A stretch of 64,000 nucleotides of DNA from a virus. The DNA lies in the IMG/VR virus record IMGVR_UViG_3300045282_000083, positions 3,751 through 67,750 of that record, one strand, 5' to 3'. A program made the translations under genes and the position numbers. Positions 47,946 through 59,088 of the stretch are shown here, piece after piece. Within the stretch, counting starts at the first letter, position 1. The number at the start of each line of letters is the position of its first letter. The notes beneath the pieces are model-generated. The model saw nothing but the letters and a program-made list of their open reading frames with translations. It had not been told where the DNA came from and searched no databases.

Positions 47946-48554
47946 ATTTTTTTTGTGATGCTCAGTATATCGCGCGGGCGCGCGCAAAAGGTCAAAGAAA
48001 AGTGAACAATCGTCCAGAGTCAAGGAGCAACCGCGCGGGTGCGCGTGATCCATAGGCTGCTGTGCACCGGCATCCAGTCACCGTACGCAAATCCTGTGCC
48101 AAAAGCCACAGAAGAGCATGGTACTGTAGGTGTATGTACCCTCCAGATAGGGGAGAGAGACGTGGTCAGCTATGCCCGCAGGGTGCTGCTGCCCCACCAC
48201 CTGCTGATGCAACCCTTACTATCCCATCCCATTGGCATGGTATTTGCGTGGGTGCCTATTGGGTCGATGCGGAAATGGTGGTTTCGGGCTGACGCAAAAC
48301 GTGGTGTACTATGGAGGGGGTAAGGATGGGGGTAGGGGGCACCGGGGCAGGCCCCCCTAAGCGGCCGGAGGTGGTACTCATATGGCGTCCGCAGGATTTC
48401 ATGCCATGGGGGTTTCGCGAAATGACGGGTATTGGTATGCAGCCCATAAGCCACCAGATCGCCTAGAATCGATCCGGATGTACCTGGGAACCATAAGAGC
48501 CACCCATGTGATTGAATGGCTCCTACGGCTTTTGGAGGGCTTCTGAGGGTATTG
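47946..48554. other. Largest apparently non-coding interval; candidate genome end/packaging region
   Basis: No credible ORF; G-run cluster at 48313-48358; immediately upstream of the first early promoter. Confidence 0.45.
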
Positions 48555-49013
48555 TTAACAAATGTTAAGGGTTTCCAGTGACTCTAGGGCGTTCTGGGGT
48601 ACAAACCATGCTTCCTCCCTGCCGCCATGGCTAGCCAGCCACTCTGACTTTTGAGCATCTTTGCCCATGATCCAGCCGACTATCCGGAAGGTGTTTTCGG
48701 ATTCCTGTACGACTAGGACGTAGGGCGAGTCTGGGTTGTCGTCTTTCCGGATGATTAAATCGTGCCAAGGCTGGGAGCGGCCACGTATCTCCAGGTTGCG
48801 CAGGTCTGGCTGGCTTCTGAATGTGTTAACAGTTGCCATGTATGGTAGGCATAAGCCCTTGGCGGCGGCGAATTCGGCTTTGGCTCCAATATCATGGACC
48901 CTCTGAGAGTTGCCCTCCTGGCAGCCGTGTTTGTTGGCCAGATGCGGTTGGTTCCTGGCTTTTGCCAAAGTAAATGCCGCGTCCATTTCTTCGGGGGTTA
49001 AAGTCACTAGCAT
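48555..49013 (-). CDS. PD-(D/E)XK-like nuclease-fold protein
   Basis: GAKAEFAAAK, PD..LEIR, YVLV, IVGW pattern. Confidence 0.55.
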   Translation of the reverse strand: MLVTLTPEEMDAAFTLAKARNQPHLANKHGCQEGNSQRVHDIGAKAEFAAAKGLCLPYMATVNTFRSQPDLRNLEIRGRSQPWHDLIIRKDDNPDSPYVLVVQESENTFRIVGWIMGKDAQKSEWLASHGGREEAWFVPQNALESLETLNIC

Positions 49014-49595
49014 CACACTATCTCCTTGAGAGCCTTCAAAACTGCTTCTTGGTTTCCGTACATTATTATCGACTTGATAACCTTTAGCATGCTGCAAGCC
49101 TTGCTGCCGCCTCCACCTGCACCGCAGATGCACATGGCTGCGCCACCTATGCCTGGCTTGTGGTACATATTGCATGCCTCTCGCAGGGCATGCCAGTCTT
49201 CAAACAGCCGCTTCTTCTCTTTCTCGTCTAGTTCCCACATCAGTACGGCCTCACTTGTAATTCTTCGTACAGCTTGTCGGCTTCTTTGTCTCGAAAGACG
49301 TGAATTGTTTTGTCTACCATCTTGACCTGGGCTCCTTCGTCGAGCCACTTGATCCAAATGATATGGCGCAGGTTCATGGTGACTTCGTCGTAATGCTCGT
49401 CGGTTAGGGTTATGAAGTCCATAACGCCCCCTGAACGTAGCCAAGGCCGTCCCTAACGCAGCCTTGAGACAATAGAATGCGAGCGCACCTGTCGCGAGTG
49501 GAGAAGTATACGTAGCTACTAACCTCTACTAGTCCCAAGGCTTGGTAAAGTCCGCAGGCGGCGAAATGTGCCAAGCATGCTTCTCTAGGAGTCAT
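49013..49595 (-). other. Three small coupled hypothetical ORFs (starts 49595, 49422, 49240)
   Basis: Overlapping start/stop chain. Confidence 0.5.
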
Positions 49596-49611
49596 TAGTG
49601 CTCCATTAGAA

Positions 49612-50031
49612 CTAGTGTTCTAATATCCATTGGGCCATCTGCCACCTGTCTATCTTGGCGTGCCGGAACTTCCCAGCGGTGGACAGATTGTGCTTCACGT
49701 CCGCCTTTTTAACTTCCACTGCAATCCCGCCGTGCCTTTTTACTCTCAAGAGGTATTCGAGGTATGGCTCGTTGCGCTTCCTTGTCAGGACCACCACGGC
49801 GCTGACTACCTCTAGAGGAAAGCCTTCATTGATCAGATCAGTCTTGGTTATGTGTGGGCAGTCTTCTAATACGTCGTGCAGCCAGGCGACGGCTTCGTAT
49901 TCCTCTCCCAGGTGACGTACTAGTCCGGCGACGGCTTCAGGATGTGTGATGTAAGACTCTCCGCCCCAGCGCAGTTGCCCGAGATGTGCTTTGGTTGCAA
50001 AAGCCGAAGCGGAGAGTGGGGGTGCGCTCAT
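49612..50031 (-). CDS. HD-domain hydrolase, RelA/SpoT small alarmone hydrolase-like
   Basis: AHLGQLR..GESYITHP, AWLHDVLED, VKKAD..HN. Confidence 0.85.
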   Translation of the reverse strand: MSAPPLSASAFATKAHLGQLRWGGESYITHPEAVAGLVRHLGEEYEAVAWLHDVLEDCPHITKTDLINEGFPLEVVSAVVVLTRKRNEPYLEYLLRVKRHGGIAVEVKKADVKHNLSTAGKFRHAKIDRWQMAQWILEH

Positions 50032-50197
50032 TGTATTTTCTTGGCCTCTATCTTCCAAAACCATCTTTCGAATGGAGGCACTCCAATGTGCTTCCATATG
50101 AGCATTCCAGGAGAATTGCTCTTCAAGATGAATTCCTTGGCTTTTTCAATGGACGAGAATAGGCCCTTGGAAGTTTTGTACCCGGTGGAGTGGTAAG

Positions 50198-50515
50198 TTA
50201 GCTCGTAGACCGTTTTACCGGCAAGCCCATTGACCTGGCTTTCTTTATCAGGTCCTTGTAGTTCGGGCCTTCCGGGAACACCAGAACCAGGTCTGGCATT
50301 TGGTTTAGCGCCGCCGTTATATTGGAACAGGCTGTTATTAGAACGTTTCTTCGTCTTGCCCATTGGTCTGCGTGGTATGCCACGCCCTCGCTGCCGTCAT
50401 GAATGATTTCAGTTATTGGCGTGCGATCATGTAGCTTCTTCAATGCCAACCGGACTTCCCGTTTAAGAGTCGGCAGGAACGTCTGATGCACATGACCGCA
50501 CACCAATACTCTCAT
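50198..50515 (-). CDS. SLOG/YspA-like (DUF2493-like) protein
   Basis: MRVLVCG, IIHDG..G...A..WA, PDLVLVFP. Confidence 0.65.
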   Translation of the reverse strand: MRVLVCGHVHQTFLPTLKREVRLALKKLHDRTPITEIIHDGSEGVAYHADQWARRRNVLITACSNITAALNQMPDLVLVFPEGPNYKDLIKKARSMGLPVKRSTS

Positions 50516-50776
50516 TTACGCAACCTTCGTCATGAGGTTAATCCCGAAGTCGGCCGTCAGGTACTCGCCGGCCTGGGTGAACCAGATGCACGTGACCACG
50601 TCGCCATCGGGATAGATGTACCCAACCTTCATTCGCGGGCTGTTGCCCACCGTCACGTTGTCGCCCAGGGAGAACTTGATGTTGTTCCGGTTGGCCTGGG
50701 TCTGACGGGTTTTGCCCTTCCGGACAATGCCGTTGCCAAAAGCGGGCTTCTGAGACAGAACAGCGGTAAGACTCAT
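50516..50776 (-). CDS. YodC/DUF2158-like small protein
   Basis: FSLGDNV..SPRMKV..VTCIWF; GGAGG SD; promoter TTGACT-16-TAGGAT at 50806-50833. Confidence 0.65.
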   Translation of the reverse strand: MSLTAVLSQKPAFGNGIVRKGKTRQTQANRNNIKFSLGDNVTVGNSPRMKVGYIYPDGDVVTCIWFTQAGEYLTADFGINLMTKVA

Positions 50777-50943
50777 GGTCTTCCTCCGAGGTTGGCCTAT
50801 CCTTTATCCTAGCAACTTACCAGGAAAAGTCAAGGCGGAAAAATTGGTGGGCCTAGGTCGCCATTTATTCCCCGGCCAGGGCGACTCCACGGCTGCCGGG
50901 CAAGATGTTCCCATGTCAACCCACCTGGGGAACCAGCGGTCGC

Positions 50944-51333
50944 TCATTGATTCGCTCGGCCGTGTAGGTGCGGCCGGTTTTGATTGTACCACATCTTGGC
51001 TGCCAAGGCATGCCCAATGTAAAGGTTATGCTTATACCCAAGGTCCATTATCCTGATGACCGCGTCGGCCAGTTCTTCTTCTAGTGCAGAAAAGTCTGGT
51101 ATTTTCTTGCTGGGCAGCTTGCCGTCCCTGACAGCCTCGCTGGCTTCGCTGACTTCGCTGTGTATGCGAAGTAGCTGGGTATTAATGTCCATGCCGGTAA
51201 AGCCGTGATTCGTTGCTGTTGTATGTGCGGCAAGAGACATGCGTTGCCACGAGTCCACGAAGTCCGGCTCGTCTCCGGGGTCCAATGTTGGTAGGCATGG
51301 GAACGAACACGTTGCTGGTTTATCTTCAAACAT
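50944..51333 (-). CDS. MazG-like nucleotide pyrophosphohydrolase
   Basis: IHSEVSEASEA, EEELADAVIRIMDL, KMWYNQNR. Confidence 0.85.
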   Translation of the reverse strand: MFEDKPATCSFPCLPTLDPGDEPDFVDSWQRMSLAAHTTATNHGFTGMDINTQLLRIHSEVSEASEAVRDGKLPSKKIPDFSALEEELADAVIRIMDLGYKHNLYIGHALAAKMWYNQNRPHLHGRANQ

Positions 51334-52535
51334 GCTTGGGTCTCCCAGGGCCATTGATGATACTGCGGTTCTGCCGCATTTCCTTTATCCTGTGCGTTCC
51401 CATGTAGTATTGCCAGGAGTCGGTCACGACCCTTTCCAGGGCTTCCTTTGGTTCGGGCTCCGGTATGGGGCCGGCAAACCATCGCCAATCGTTCAGGGTT
51501 CCGTCACGCTTAACGTCATCAGGGTGCAGTCCATTGACGGTTCTAACCAGCCTGACAACCCTTGGCCACCTGCCTGGGCTCTGGACGAAATACCATCCAG
51601 GTTCAACCGGCCTTCGAGTTGTGTACCGAAAAGGGAACTTCACCTCCGGGAAGGATGACCGTGGAGATACAGGGGCCTCTGGTGTATAGAATGCTTTTGA
51701 GTAACACTTCTCTACATGCTTGCTCACTGTTTGCTCCACACACAAATTTCCAAGCGTCCACTGGGCTCCATCGAAACCAGCCGTTCCACTTGTGGTACTC
51801 TATGGCTCTGGCCATATTCTGTTCCTCATGGTAATCAGGGACGAAATCAATTTATCCGCCCGCTCTTTTGTTAGAATATCAAGTCCAACCGGGTTTGTCA
51901 ACTGGCTTCCTGACAAAATCACAGAAAATTGATGCCGGGTGGCATTGCTCATCGGGGTGGTCAGGTCCACATCCACGAAGTCTGCCGGAGCGTACTTAAC
52001 GCGATCATGAGGTTTCTGCGACGTTTGCGTCTCTCGTTCATAGTCTTCTCGTCTTTTGGCGAGTCTCTGAGGTGGCCAGTCTTCTTCCTCTCCTCTTCGG
52101 AGCCATTCCATGAGCGCTTCTGGGTCTCCGTTCTCGACTTGCGCTTCGAGTTCATTCTCGTCATCCTCATTAGCCACGATTATCCAGGGCACGCCGTCTT
52201 CTGGTTCAACGAACGCCGCGTTTTGATTTCTGATCCTGTCTATCTCGGCGTCGGAGAATATCAGGAATACTCCTTCCAAAACATCCTCATCGACTGTTGT
52301 TAGCTTCATCATCCCACATCCACCTCCTTGCCTCCCATTCTGTTTCGCTAAGCCTGGCTTGCCCGCCGCCTAAGTCTTCCCAATTTTCGTTCTTCCAGGC
52401 GTAGTGTTTTAACCAATATGCTCGACATGGAATGCAAATCCTATAAAAATATTGATGGAGACCGTGCGACCAATCGCTTGTTCTGATTCTGCGTTTGGTT
52501 TCCCTGCCGCAATCATAGCAATGCAATACTGTCAC
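51326..52535 (-). other. Four hypothetical ORFs (52535, 52312, 51815 and the 51326 ORF)
   Basis: Overlapping co-oriented chain. Confidence 0.5.
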
Positions 52536-52879
52536 GCCAGCATCCTTTCGATCTTATCCCAATCGTCCGGAGACCAAAGGGCCACAGTGTTGCCCGCTGC
52601 CGCGAAAGCGAACAGCCAGTCATACTGATCCTTAGTCGGTTCCTTCCCAGGCATCTTCAACTCCACGACCATCGTCTTCGTCCCACGGAGCAATATCAGG
52701 TCCGGAAAGCCCTTCCCAGCCCCCTGATACGGGGTAATCCACCGGCGATTGATCATCATCCCAGGGAGGAAGTGGACAATCTTCCACCCCTTCTTCTGGG
52801 CAGCTTGTATCACTTCCTTGGTGAACTGGCGTTCCCCATATTTTCTTGGCGAGCCACGCCGTGATCTCAAGCGTGCCAT
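52532..52879 (-). CDS. VRR-NUC domain nuclease
   Basis: GFPDLIL, VELK, PTKDQ..W, WSPDDW. Confidence 0.85.
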   Translation of the reverse strand: MARLRSRRGSPRKYGERQFTKEVIQAAQKKGWKIVHFLPGMMINRRWITPYQGAGKGFPDLILLRGTKTMVVELKMPGKEPTKDQYDWLFAFAAAGNTVALWSPDDWDKIERMLA

Positions 52880-53608
52880 TACGTAGTCCGCCTGGTAAGC
52901 GTTCGCTCAATGTCCTCGCGTCTTGCTCTGAGGTATTCATTGATTGTGTTGTTGGCCATTCTTGCCCAGGTGCTTTGTAGTGCTCTGGTGGTCTCACTTG
53001 GCTCAGGGGTAGCCACTGTACTTCCCTGTCCCAAAACAGGACTTGGATCGACCGGACCCTCCTCTGGAGGATTATTATAAAGTCTACAGTCAACCACTGT
53101 TCTTCCATCTCTTCTTTCCACTGGCAAGACTCTGCCTTCGAAATCTGTCCATCTGGCTGAAGGTCCGACGTACCAATCTGGAAAGTCAATGTTTTCAAAG
53201 CGATTCATTCCATGGCTACAATTGCTTCCGACGAAGGAGCAGACTCCGACTTTTTTCCACGCTCCTTCAACGAGATGTTCATAAAACGCTATCATGCTTC
53301 GCCTCCATACACCTGAGCATTTTCATTAGGCTGAGGATGCTATCGGCCAAATGCGACACCGCTGTATCGTACGTGTACTGCTCCTCAAACAGAGCGGACG
53401 CGCCGTACTCGCTTAGTATTGTTTTTTGTAGGCTCTGCATTCTGCGAACCAAGTCTAAAGCTGACAGGAGACATTTGTTCCGGAACGATTCGATCCGAGC
53501 TATCTCCTGGACACACTCTTTCATCAGGTCGATACCATCCGGGAACTTCTCCGTGGAAGACTCGGTTTTTGCATCGTCCTTCATGGGCCAGCCTCCTGCA
53601 CTGTCCAC
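52879..53608 (-). other. Two hypothetical ORFs (53295 and the 53279 ORF)
   Basis: GGAGG SDs; coupled. Confidence 0.55.
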
Positions 53609-53713
53609 AAACCGTCCTGTGCAAGTTAAACAGAACCACTTGCTTGGCTAATTCAGGCTCGTGTTTGTCCACCATCAGGAAAAGCTTGCACAGTCTCCAG
53701 CATACGGGGCACA

Positions 53714-55186
53714 CTACCATTGCTTCCTCCGACAGAAGTTCGGATACACTTGTGCAACCGGCAAATCCCAATTGCATTCCGGCCAGGGGCGGACATTCAC
53801 TGGAGATCGTCCCAGAGTTCTCTGTGCAACCCAGAAGGCTTGGTTGAAATTCCTTCCGGTAGCCCCGCATTTAAACAATGCTGCGGTCCAATGCCTTTGG
53901 TCGTCAGACATTCGATTTTTTCGCTTAACGGCTTGGCCCACCATTTGAACCAGTCGTCCATCGACCATGCGGACAGGTCTGACCGAGTCAGAGTGTGTGT
54001 GTCCACAATGAGGGCACGTCGGTCCTCGCCGTCTGATTCCGCCACACTGTGGACAAGATATGTCTTCATTTATTTTCCCTTCTTGTAACGCCTTTTGCCT
54101 TTCCTTTTGCAACGCTCTGTCGCTAAAGTCCAGCGTCCACTCGTAGTCGTCGTTGGGCGACCCGTGACGCCACCATGTTCCCGAATGGTCTTGAAGAATC
54201 GCGTCATGCTTACCTTCGTACGCGCGTAGGATTCTTCCAACCATCTGTATAAATGTGCTGTACGCTCCGCACACTTGGACCATGATGCCGTAGGATAGCC
54301 ATGGCCAATCAATGCCTTCCCGAAGGACTCCAAAGCTAGAGACAACTCGGATATCGCCTGACTCGCTGCCTTCCCTGATTCTATTGCGTTCCGCTTCGGG
54401 GGTTTTTCCGTCGATGTGCGCTGCATTGATGCCCCTCCGGATGAATTCATCAACAAGCCATCGGCTCTCTGGTACTCCTGGAGCCCACAATACCGTTGGC
54501 CTCTCCACCCCTCCATGCCGCATCCAGGCATCAAATATATCGGCGAACACAGTACATTGCATGACACGTTTGACCATGCCGTCATAGACGTACTCTCCAA
54601 GGGAGTTCATGCGCACCCCATCCATATCCGGCTCGGGAGCGGAGAACACGGTGCAGGGAACCAGTGCACCGTGCTCCCGCCCTTCCGCCTTCGTGCCGGC
54701 TATGATGAGTTCGTCGTACTTCTCAGACATTCTAACCGGAGTGGCGGTCAGTCCTATAACCGCCACGTCCGGGTTTAGTTGCCGAATCTTCTCCGTGACA
54801 GCGTCGAAATCCCTGTTATGGGCTTCGTCGATCAGAATCATTCCGAAATTCGGCAGCGCCAGCCGTCCATTGGCTATCCTTGCACGCACCGTCTGCGTGC
54901 TCATAATGAGCATCGAATGGAATGGGTTAAACCCATGCTCAGCTGAGATATATCCGTAGTTGATCCCAGCCGCCGTGAAGCGGTCGCCGGTCTGCTTGGT
55001 TAGCAGGCGGCGGTTGGTAAGAAGGCCCGTCCGTGAGCCCTTCTCCAGAGAGTATAACGACAACCCCTCCAGTACCTTGCCCTTGCCCATTCCGGTAGGG
55101 GCCTGGATGCAGATTCTCTTGACCCCGTTCTTGAGGAACTCTATGGCCCTGTTAATCCCAAATCTCTGCCAAGGCCACAGGTTCAT
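53714..55186 (-). CDS. Superfamily 2 DEAH helicase (RadD/UvsW-like) with C-terminal zinc finger
   Basis: APTGMGK, LIDEAH, GLTATP, EGIDWP, QMVGRILR, CPQC...CPHCG. Confidence 0.92.
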   Translation of the reverse strand: MNLWPWQRFGINRAIEFLKNGVKRICIQAPTGMGKGKVLEGLSLYSLEKGSRTGLLTNRRLLTKQTGDRFTAAGINYGYISAEHGFNPFHSMLIMSTQTVRARIANGRLALPNFGMILIDEAHNRDFDAVTEKIRQLNPDVAVIGLTATPVRMSEKYDELIIAGTKAEGREHGALVPCTVFSAPEPDMDGVRMNSLGEYVYDGMVKRVMQCTVFADIFDAWMRHGGVERPTVLWAPGVPESRWLVDEFIRRGINAAHIDGKTPEAERNRIREGSESGDIRVVSSFGVLREGIDWPWLSYGIMVQVCGAYSTFIQMVGRILRAYEGKHDAILQDHSGTWWRHGSPNDDYEWTLDFSDRALQKERQKALQEGKINEDISCPQCGGIRRRGPTCPHCGHTHSDSVRPVRMVDGRLVQMVGQAVKRKNRMSDDQRHWTAALFKCGATGRNFNQAFWVAQRTLGRSPVNVRPWPECNWDLPVAQVYPNFCRRKQW

Positions 55187-55440
55187 TTCTGTTTTCTCTT
55201 AGCCAACTTCTCGCGTTCCCGTTTGGCTCCGACGTTTTTTCCGAGACGCCAATCAAGTTTGGCTATTTGTTCTTCTGGAGTTGGTTTTGCTTTCCTAATA
55301 CGCATTCCACTCCCTCCGGAGGCCACAGTCTGGGCATATAACCACGCCGACCAATTTTGTCATGCCCTCTCTCATCACTTCTGCGTTTCTATGATCGCAT
55401 TTTTCTGTTTTGTTGTCTGTAACTTTATCGCCATCATCTT

Positions 55441-56070
55441 TCATAGCAACTCCACAACTTCGTTGATCTTACTAAGCTCTGGCATTAGTTTCTCGTAGTA
55501 CCCGATATTATCCAGAGCGCGTACCATGTGCACTAGCGCAGACCTGGCTTTTCTGATCGGGTTGGTTTTGTCTACCTCTCTGTTTGGGCCTGCCGGCTCC
55601 TCTGTCTCCACTCCCGGTAATTCTCGTACGTGGAGTTCCTTATGTTTTCTGAACGAAGCCACGGTATAAACCCGAACATTACACAGTCTCGCGATATCTG
55701 AGTCTGGGAGGGCTGAGATCGTAGGGTCAAGTAGGCATCGTGATAATATCGTCCGAATCGACTCTGCGTCTCTGCGGTAGCCATGACAATGGTTGACGCC
55801 CAGAGAGGCAAGGAAAGCCGCCCGATAATCTCCGTCGTATATATCGGCGTTGATCGTCGTACGATTACATTTACGGGCCGCTCCCACTCTGGCGAATCCA
55901 TCGTATAGCCAGTATTTCTCTGTGTCATTAATGATGCTCACAGGTGGAAGTTCGGTCCCCGCCCTCATTTCGGCCGAGAGATAGCGGAGGTATTCGCTGT
56001 CCACTGGCCGATGCTGAAGGCGAGGATCACGAACTATCTGGTCAATACGGATCGTCTTGATCATGATCAT
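55441..56070 (-). CDS. ParB/Srx-like domain protein
   Basis: LPPVSI, LYDGFARVGA, NHCHG, SDIARLC HTH-like segment. Confidence 0.75.
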   Translation of the reverse strand: MIMIKTIRIDQIVRDPRLQHRPVDSEYLRYLSAEMRAGTELPPVSIINDTEKYWLYDGFARVGAARKCNRTTINADIYDGDYRAAFLASLGVNHCHGYRRDAESIRTILSRCLLDPTISALPDSDIARLCNVRVYTVASFRKHKELHVRELPGVETEEPAGPNREVDKTNPIRKARSALVHMVRALDNIGYYEKLMPELSKINEVVELL

Positions 56071-56139
56071 GTTGGGTGAAGTACAGAATCAAGAAGACCA
56101 ACAGAAACAAGAAGCCCAATTGTATAAGAGTTAATGCGA

Positions 56140-56883
56140 TTAGAATGGCACGTCCTCCGGCTGGTTAATCACCTTTTCCTGCAACTCAGCAATGGCGCTG
56201 CTAGCCGCGCCTTCCGTCAACTGCTTGGGGTCCTTGATGCCGAACCGTTCCGCCAAGTAGTTGACCAGCTTGGCTTCCTCCCAGTTCAGCTTCTTGCTGA
56301 ACTCGGCAATGAGTTCCAATTGTGAATTCTTCACTGGAACTGGGGGAGTGAGATTTAATCCCGAGCGGTTGGCCTCAATGAATAGGCTATGAGCAGTTGC
56401 AGCAACTGACTCATTGAATCCTTCCACGCCCGCATCCTTCCATATCTTGAGGGCCGCTCGGGCAGCAAGTCCCATGGTATAAACCAATCTGTCCCATTGA
56501 TCTTTACCTGCTCCTGGCGGAGTTGTGGTAGCTGGCGCCGTCCTGGCTTGGGCCGTAACTTGTCCTTGGCCCACCAACTCCACAGTGGTAAACTTGCTCT
56601 TGCCGTCCTCGCGCTTGGTGAATCGTAATTGGGCACCTGGCTTGAGTAGCGAGTAGCTTCCGTTGCCGTTACGGTCTCCAATCACGCCGATCTTCTTCAA
56701 CTCCCCCTCCAGAGGAAGCGGAAGAAAAACCTTGGAGACGTTGCCTTCGAAGTTGCCAGCCACAACTACTTGATCCTGCTTCGGCCTGCCATCCGGCCAG
56801 GTGCCCTGCCCAGGGGCCAGGGAGACTTGGGCCAAGGTGCAGTTGACTGGTACGTTAGTTTGCAGTTGAATGTACGAAGCCAT
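56140..56883 (-). CDS. Putative single-stranded DNA binding/annealing protein
   Basis: SSB-like C-terminal EDVPF; KQLTEGAASSAIAEL helical domain; next to the helicase. Confidence 0.55.
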   Translation of the reverse strand: MASYIQLQTNVPVNCTLAQVSLAPGQGTWPDGRPKQDQVVVAGNFEGNVSKVFLPLPLEGELKKIGVIGDRNGNGSYSLLKPGAQLRFTKREDGKSKFTTVELVGQGQVTAQARTAPATTTPPGAGKDQWDRLVYTMGLAARAALKIWKDAGVEGFNESVAATAHSLFIEANRSGLNLTPPVPVKNSQLELIAEFSKKLNWEEAKLVNYLAERFGIKDPKQLTEGAASSAIAELQEKVINQPEDVPF

Positions 56884-56903
56884 TTGGTTCCTCCGAGTGT
56901 AAT

Positions 56904-56934
56904 AAAAGCCGGGGGCTCGCCAAAACCCCCGGCC
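56904..56934 (-). terminator. Intrinsic terminator/attenuator in the leader of the SSB-like gene
   Basis: GCCGGGGG...CCCCCGGC stem followed by TTTTATT. Confidence 0.65.
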
Positions 56935-56993
56935 GCAGGGCTTCAACCGACGAGGTTGAAATTTGTTGAGCCTTCATCTCAACGGATTCGAGT

Positions 56994-57305
56994 CTAACGT
57001 ATCGAAAGAAGAAATGCAACCATCTGATTGACAGATTCTTGGTTTTTTTTATCTGCACGCTGGAGTATATAGCACTCACGTTTAAGTACAAGGCTCATCA
57101 AAAAAGTATTGAACTCTGCCGACTGCTGTGCTTGGTGATGACAAGTCCTGCACAGAGAAATCAGATTCCACGGCACGTCCATACGGCTCCCACCTCCGAA
57201 ACCTCGGGTAGTCAGATGATGCGGGTCGCTCGGCGGCGGGCTCCCGCAGTTCTCGCAAGGCTGGTGCCGGAACCACGTCATCACATTGTTGTCTTCGTAT
57301 CTCAT
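56994..57305 (-). CDS. HNH-type nuclease (DUF968-like)
   Basis: PCENCG, DPHHL, NLISLCRTCH. Confidence 0.75.
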   Translation of the reverse strand: MRYEDNNVMTWFRHQPCENCGSPPPSDPHHLTTRGFGGGSRMDVPWNLISLCRTCHHQAQQSAEFNTFLMSLVLKRECYILQRADKKNQESVNQMVAFLLSIR

Positions 57306-57595
57306 TGTGAACCGCCCTCCTTATGTCGTCCCATTCAATTGCGCCGTGGGCGTTGCCAAAATCGGGCGTTCCGCGCCTAATAGTCATAAGCCAGTCTGCG
57401 GCCACGCACTCCAATCTAAACAATTCTTCTGGGTTCATATCTTGGCATCCTCCGGGTGAAAAACGGCGTAACCGTTTCGGAAACGCCAACTCATCAAATC
57501 TATCTTATCATTTGATCCGGGCGGAAAGCAAGTGGGAAGCGGCGGAATTGGCCGATGTTTATTTAGGCACGAACCTAACGGTCGGCCGCGCTTCT

Positions 57596-58366
57596 TCACA
57601 CAACTTTCCCGCTGACTATCCGCTTGTTCGACATGAGAAAGTCCTTGCTCCGATCCACTTCGACTATCGCGAATCCCAGGTTCCATTTGTTTATTAGTCT
57701 CCAGTGAGGGGATAGGTCGCAGGCGCAACCTACGGTCCAGGTTGCCGCTATATAGCCCAGCAGTGTGCGTTCGTGGTGCTCCGAAGTGCGATGACAGTGA
57801 CCCATGACGCAGCAATCGCCAGCTTGGCTGTACAGCCAGCGCGCTGGACTGACTCCACCTCCTCCAGAGCCGCCGAATTCATGCCCATGAATAGTAGGCA
57901 GCTTGCCGAGTTTAATGATCGTGCCGCTGGGAAACCATTCCACTCTGGCGTCTTTCATCTTCAAAAAGGACGACAGGTTCATCCCTTCCAAGCCCTCCAG
58001 GGCGTCGGCTTTGTTGTCGATGTACTTCTCAAGCCTCTGCTCGTGATTGCCCTCTTTGTAAAGAATTCGCGCTTTCGGGAAAGTCTCCCTTACATGTCGA
58101 AGAAACGAAATTCCCATGCTGATTTCGTCGCGATACTTTATCGCTGAATTGTGGCGTTCGTGCCGCGAGATTTGCGCAGAATCCAATATGTCGCCATTCA
58201 GCAGGATGCCAATGGCGCCCATGCGCTTGGCCGTCCTCAGGGCAAGATTGATTGTGTTTTCGTCGTGATGGGGGAGGTGGGTGTCGGCTAGGATCAGCCA
58301 GACGCCAGGGTTGTTGATTTCCACTATTTTGTGCGGTACTGCCAGAGATTTAGGCAGTGGGGTCAT
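57596..58366 (-). CDS. Calcineurin-like metallophosphoesterase
   Basis: DTH, NGDILD, GNHE, HGH, GHCHR. Confidence 0.9.
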   Translation of the reverse strand: MTPLPKSLAVPHKIVEINNPGVWLILADTHLPHHDENTINLALRTAKRMGAIGILLNGDILDSAQISRHERHNSAIKYRDEISMGISFLRHVRETFPKARILYKEGNHEQRLEKYIDNKADALEGLEGMNLSSFLKMKDARVEWFPSGTIIKLGKLPTIHGHEFGGSGGGGVSPARWLYSQAGDCCVMGHCHRTSEHHERTLLGYIAATWTVGCACDLSPHWRLINKWNLGFAIVEVDRSKDFLMSNKRIVSGKVV

Positions 58367-58512
58367 AGGGTTTCCTTTTCCGCAGTTTGTCCAAGCAATC
58401 CTTGCAGGTCACTTCCTTGAGTTTGAACGTAAACTGTACTGTCTCCGCTGTGCCGCAAATAGATTCTGCGGCACAACGGGGCTTGCGACAGTAATGGATT
58501 AACGGGGGTTTC

Positions 58513-59088
58513 TTAGCCATTGAGGTTGAATGGCGCCTTGTATCCCAGCGATTCTTTTCTGCTCTCTTCTTCGTTCCATTCGCGGAACTTAATCAAGGCA
58601 ATGATGCTGTACGCCGCCAAATCCAGCAGGCTATCTTCGACGCCTTCGTTTCTAAGCTTGCCGTTCAAACAATAGGCGTCAATGCGCTTGACTTTGTCTC
58701 TGGCGCGAAGCCACGCGCCTTTCCAGGCCGGGATACCAATGGCTTCCGACGCCGAGATGTTGGCGAATACGTCTTCATTGCTGCCGTAGTCTGCGGCCTT
58801 GCGCAGATGAAGCTCTTTAATCTCCTCAAGAATGTTGATGAATTTAACCGTTCCGTACGGAACTTTTTGGCCATCCCGAATGAATGTCACATTGGTTCCA
58901 TAATTCGGCTGATCTTCGATGGGCACATTGGCCACCGGCGGCCCGCTTTCGTCGCAAGCCTGATCGCGCCACATCTGATGGCCATGGTCTGGGTTGGTAC
59001 AAAACGTTCCGGCGCGCTTGCGAATTTCTTGCGCCTTTTTCTTGCTGGCAACGTATCCTTGATAAGACTGACCCGCCAAATCATTCAT
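58513..59088 (-). CDS. DUF1599-like (nucleotide modification associated) protein
   Basis: KAADYG, FAN, DKVKRI, EGVEDSLLDLAAY. Confidence 0.75.
   Translation of the reverse strand: MNDLAGQSYQGYVASKKKAQEIRKRAGTFCTNPDHGHQMWRDQACDESGPPVANVPIEDQPNYGTNVTFIRDGQKVPYGTVKFINILEEIKELHLRKAADYGSNEDVFANISASEAIGIPAWKGAWLRARDKVKRIDAYCLNGKLRNEGVEDSLLDLAAYSIIALIKFREWNEEESRKESLGYKAPFNLNG

Noticed and set aside
56884-56993. tRNA
   Set aside because: No acceptor stem or T-loop consensus in the right geometry; better explained as a leader and terminator.
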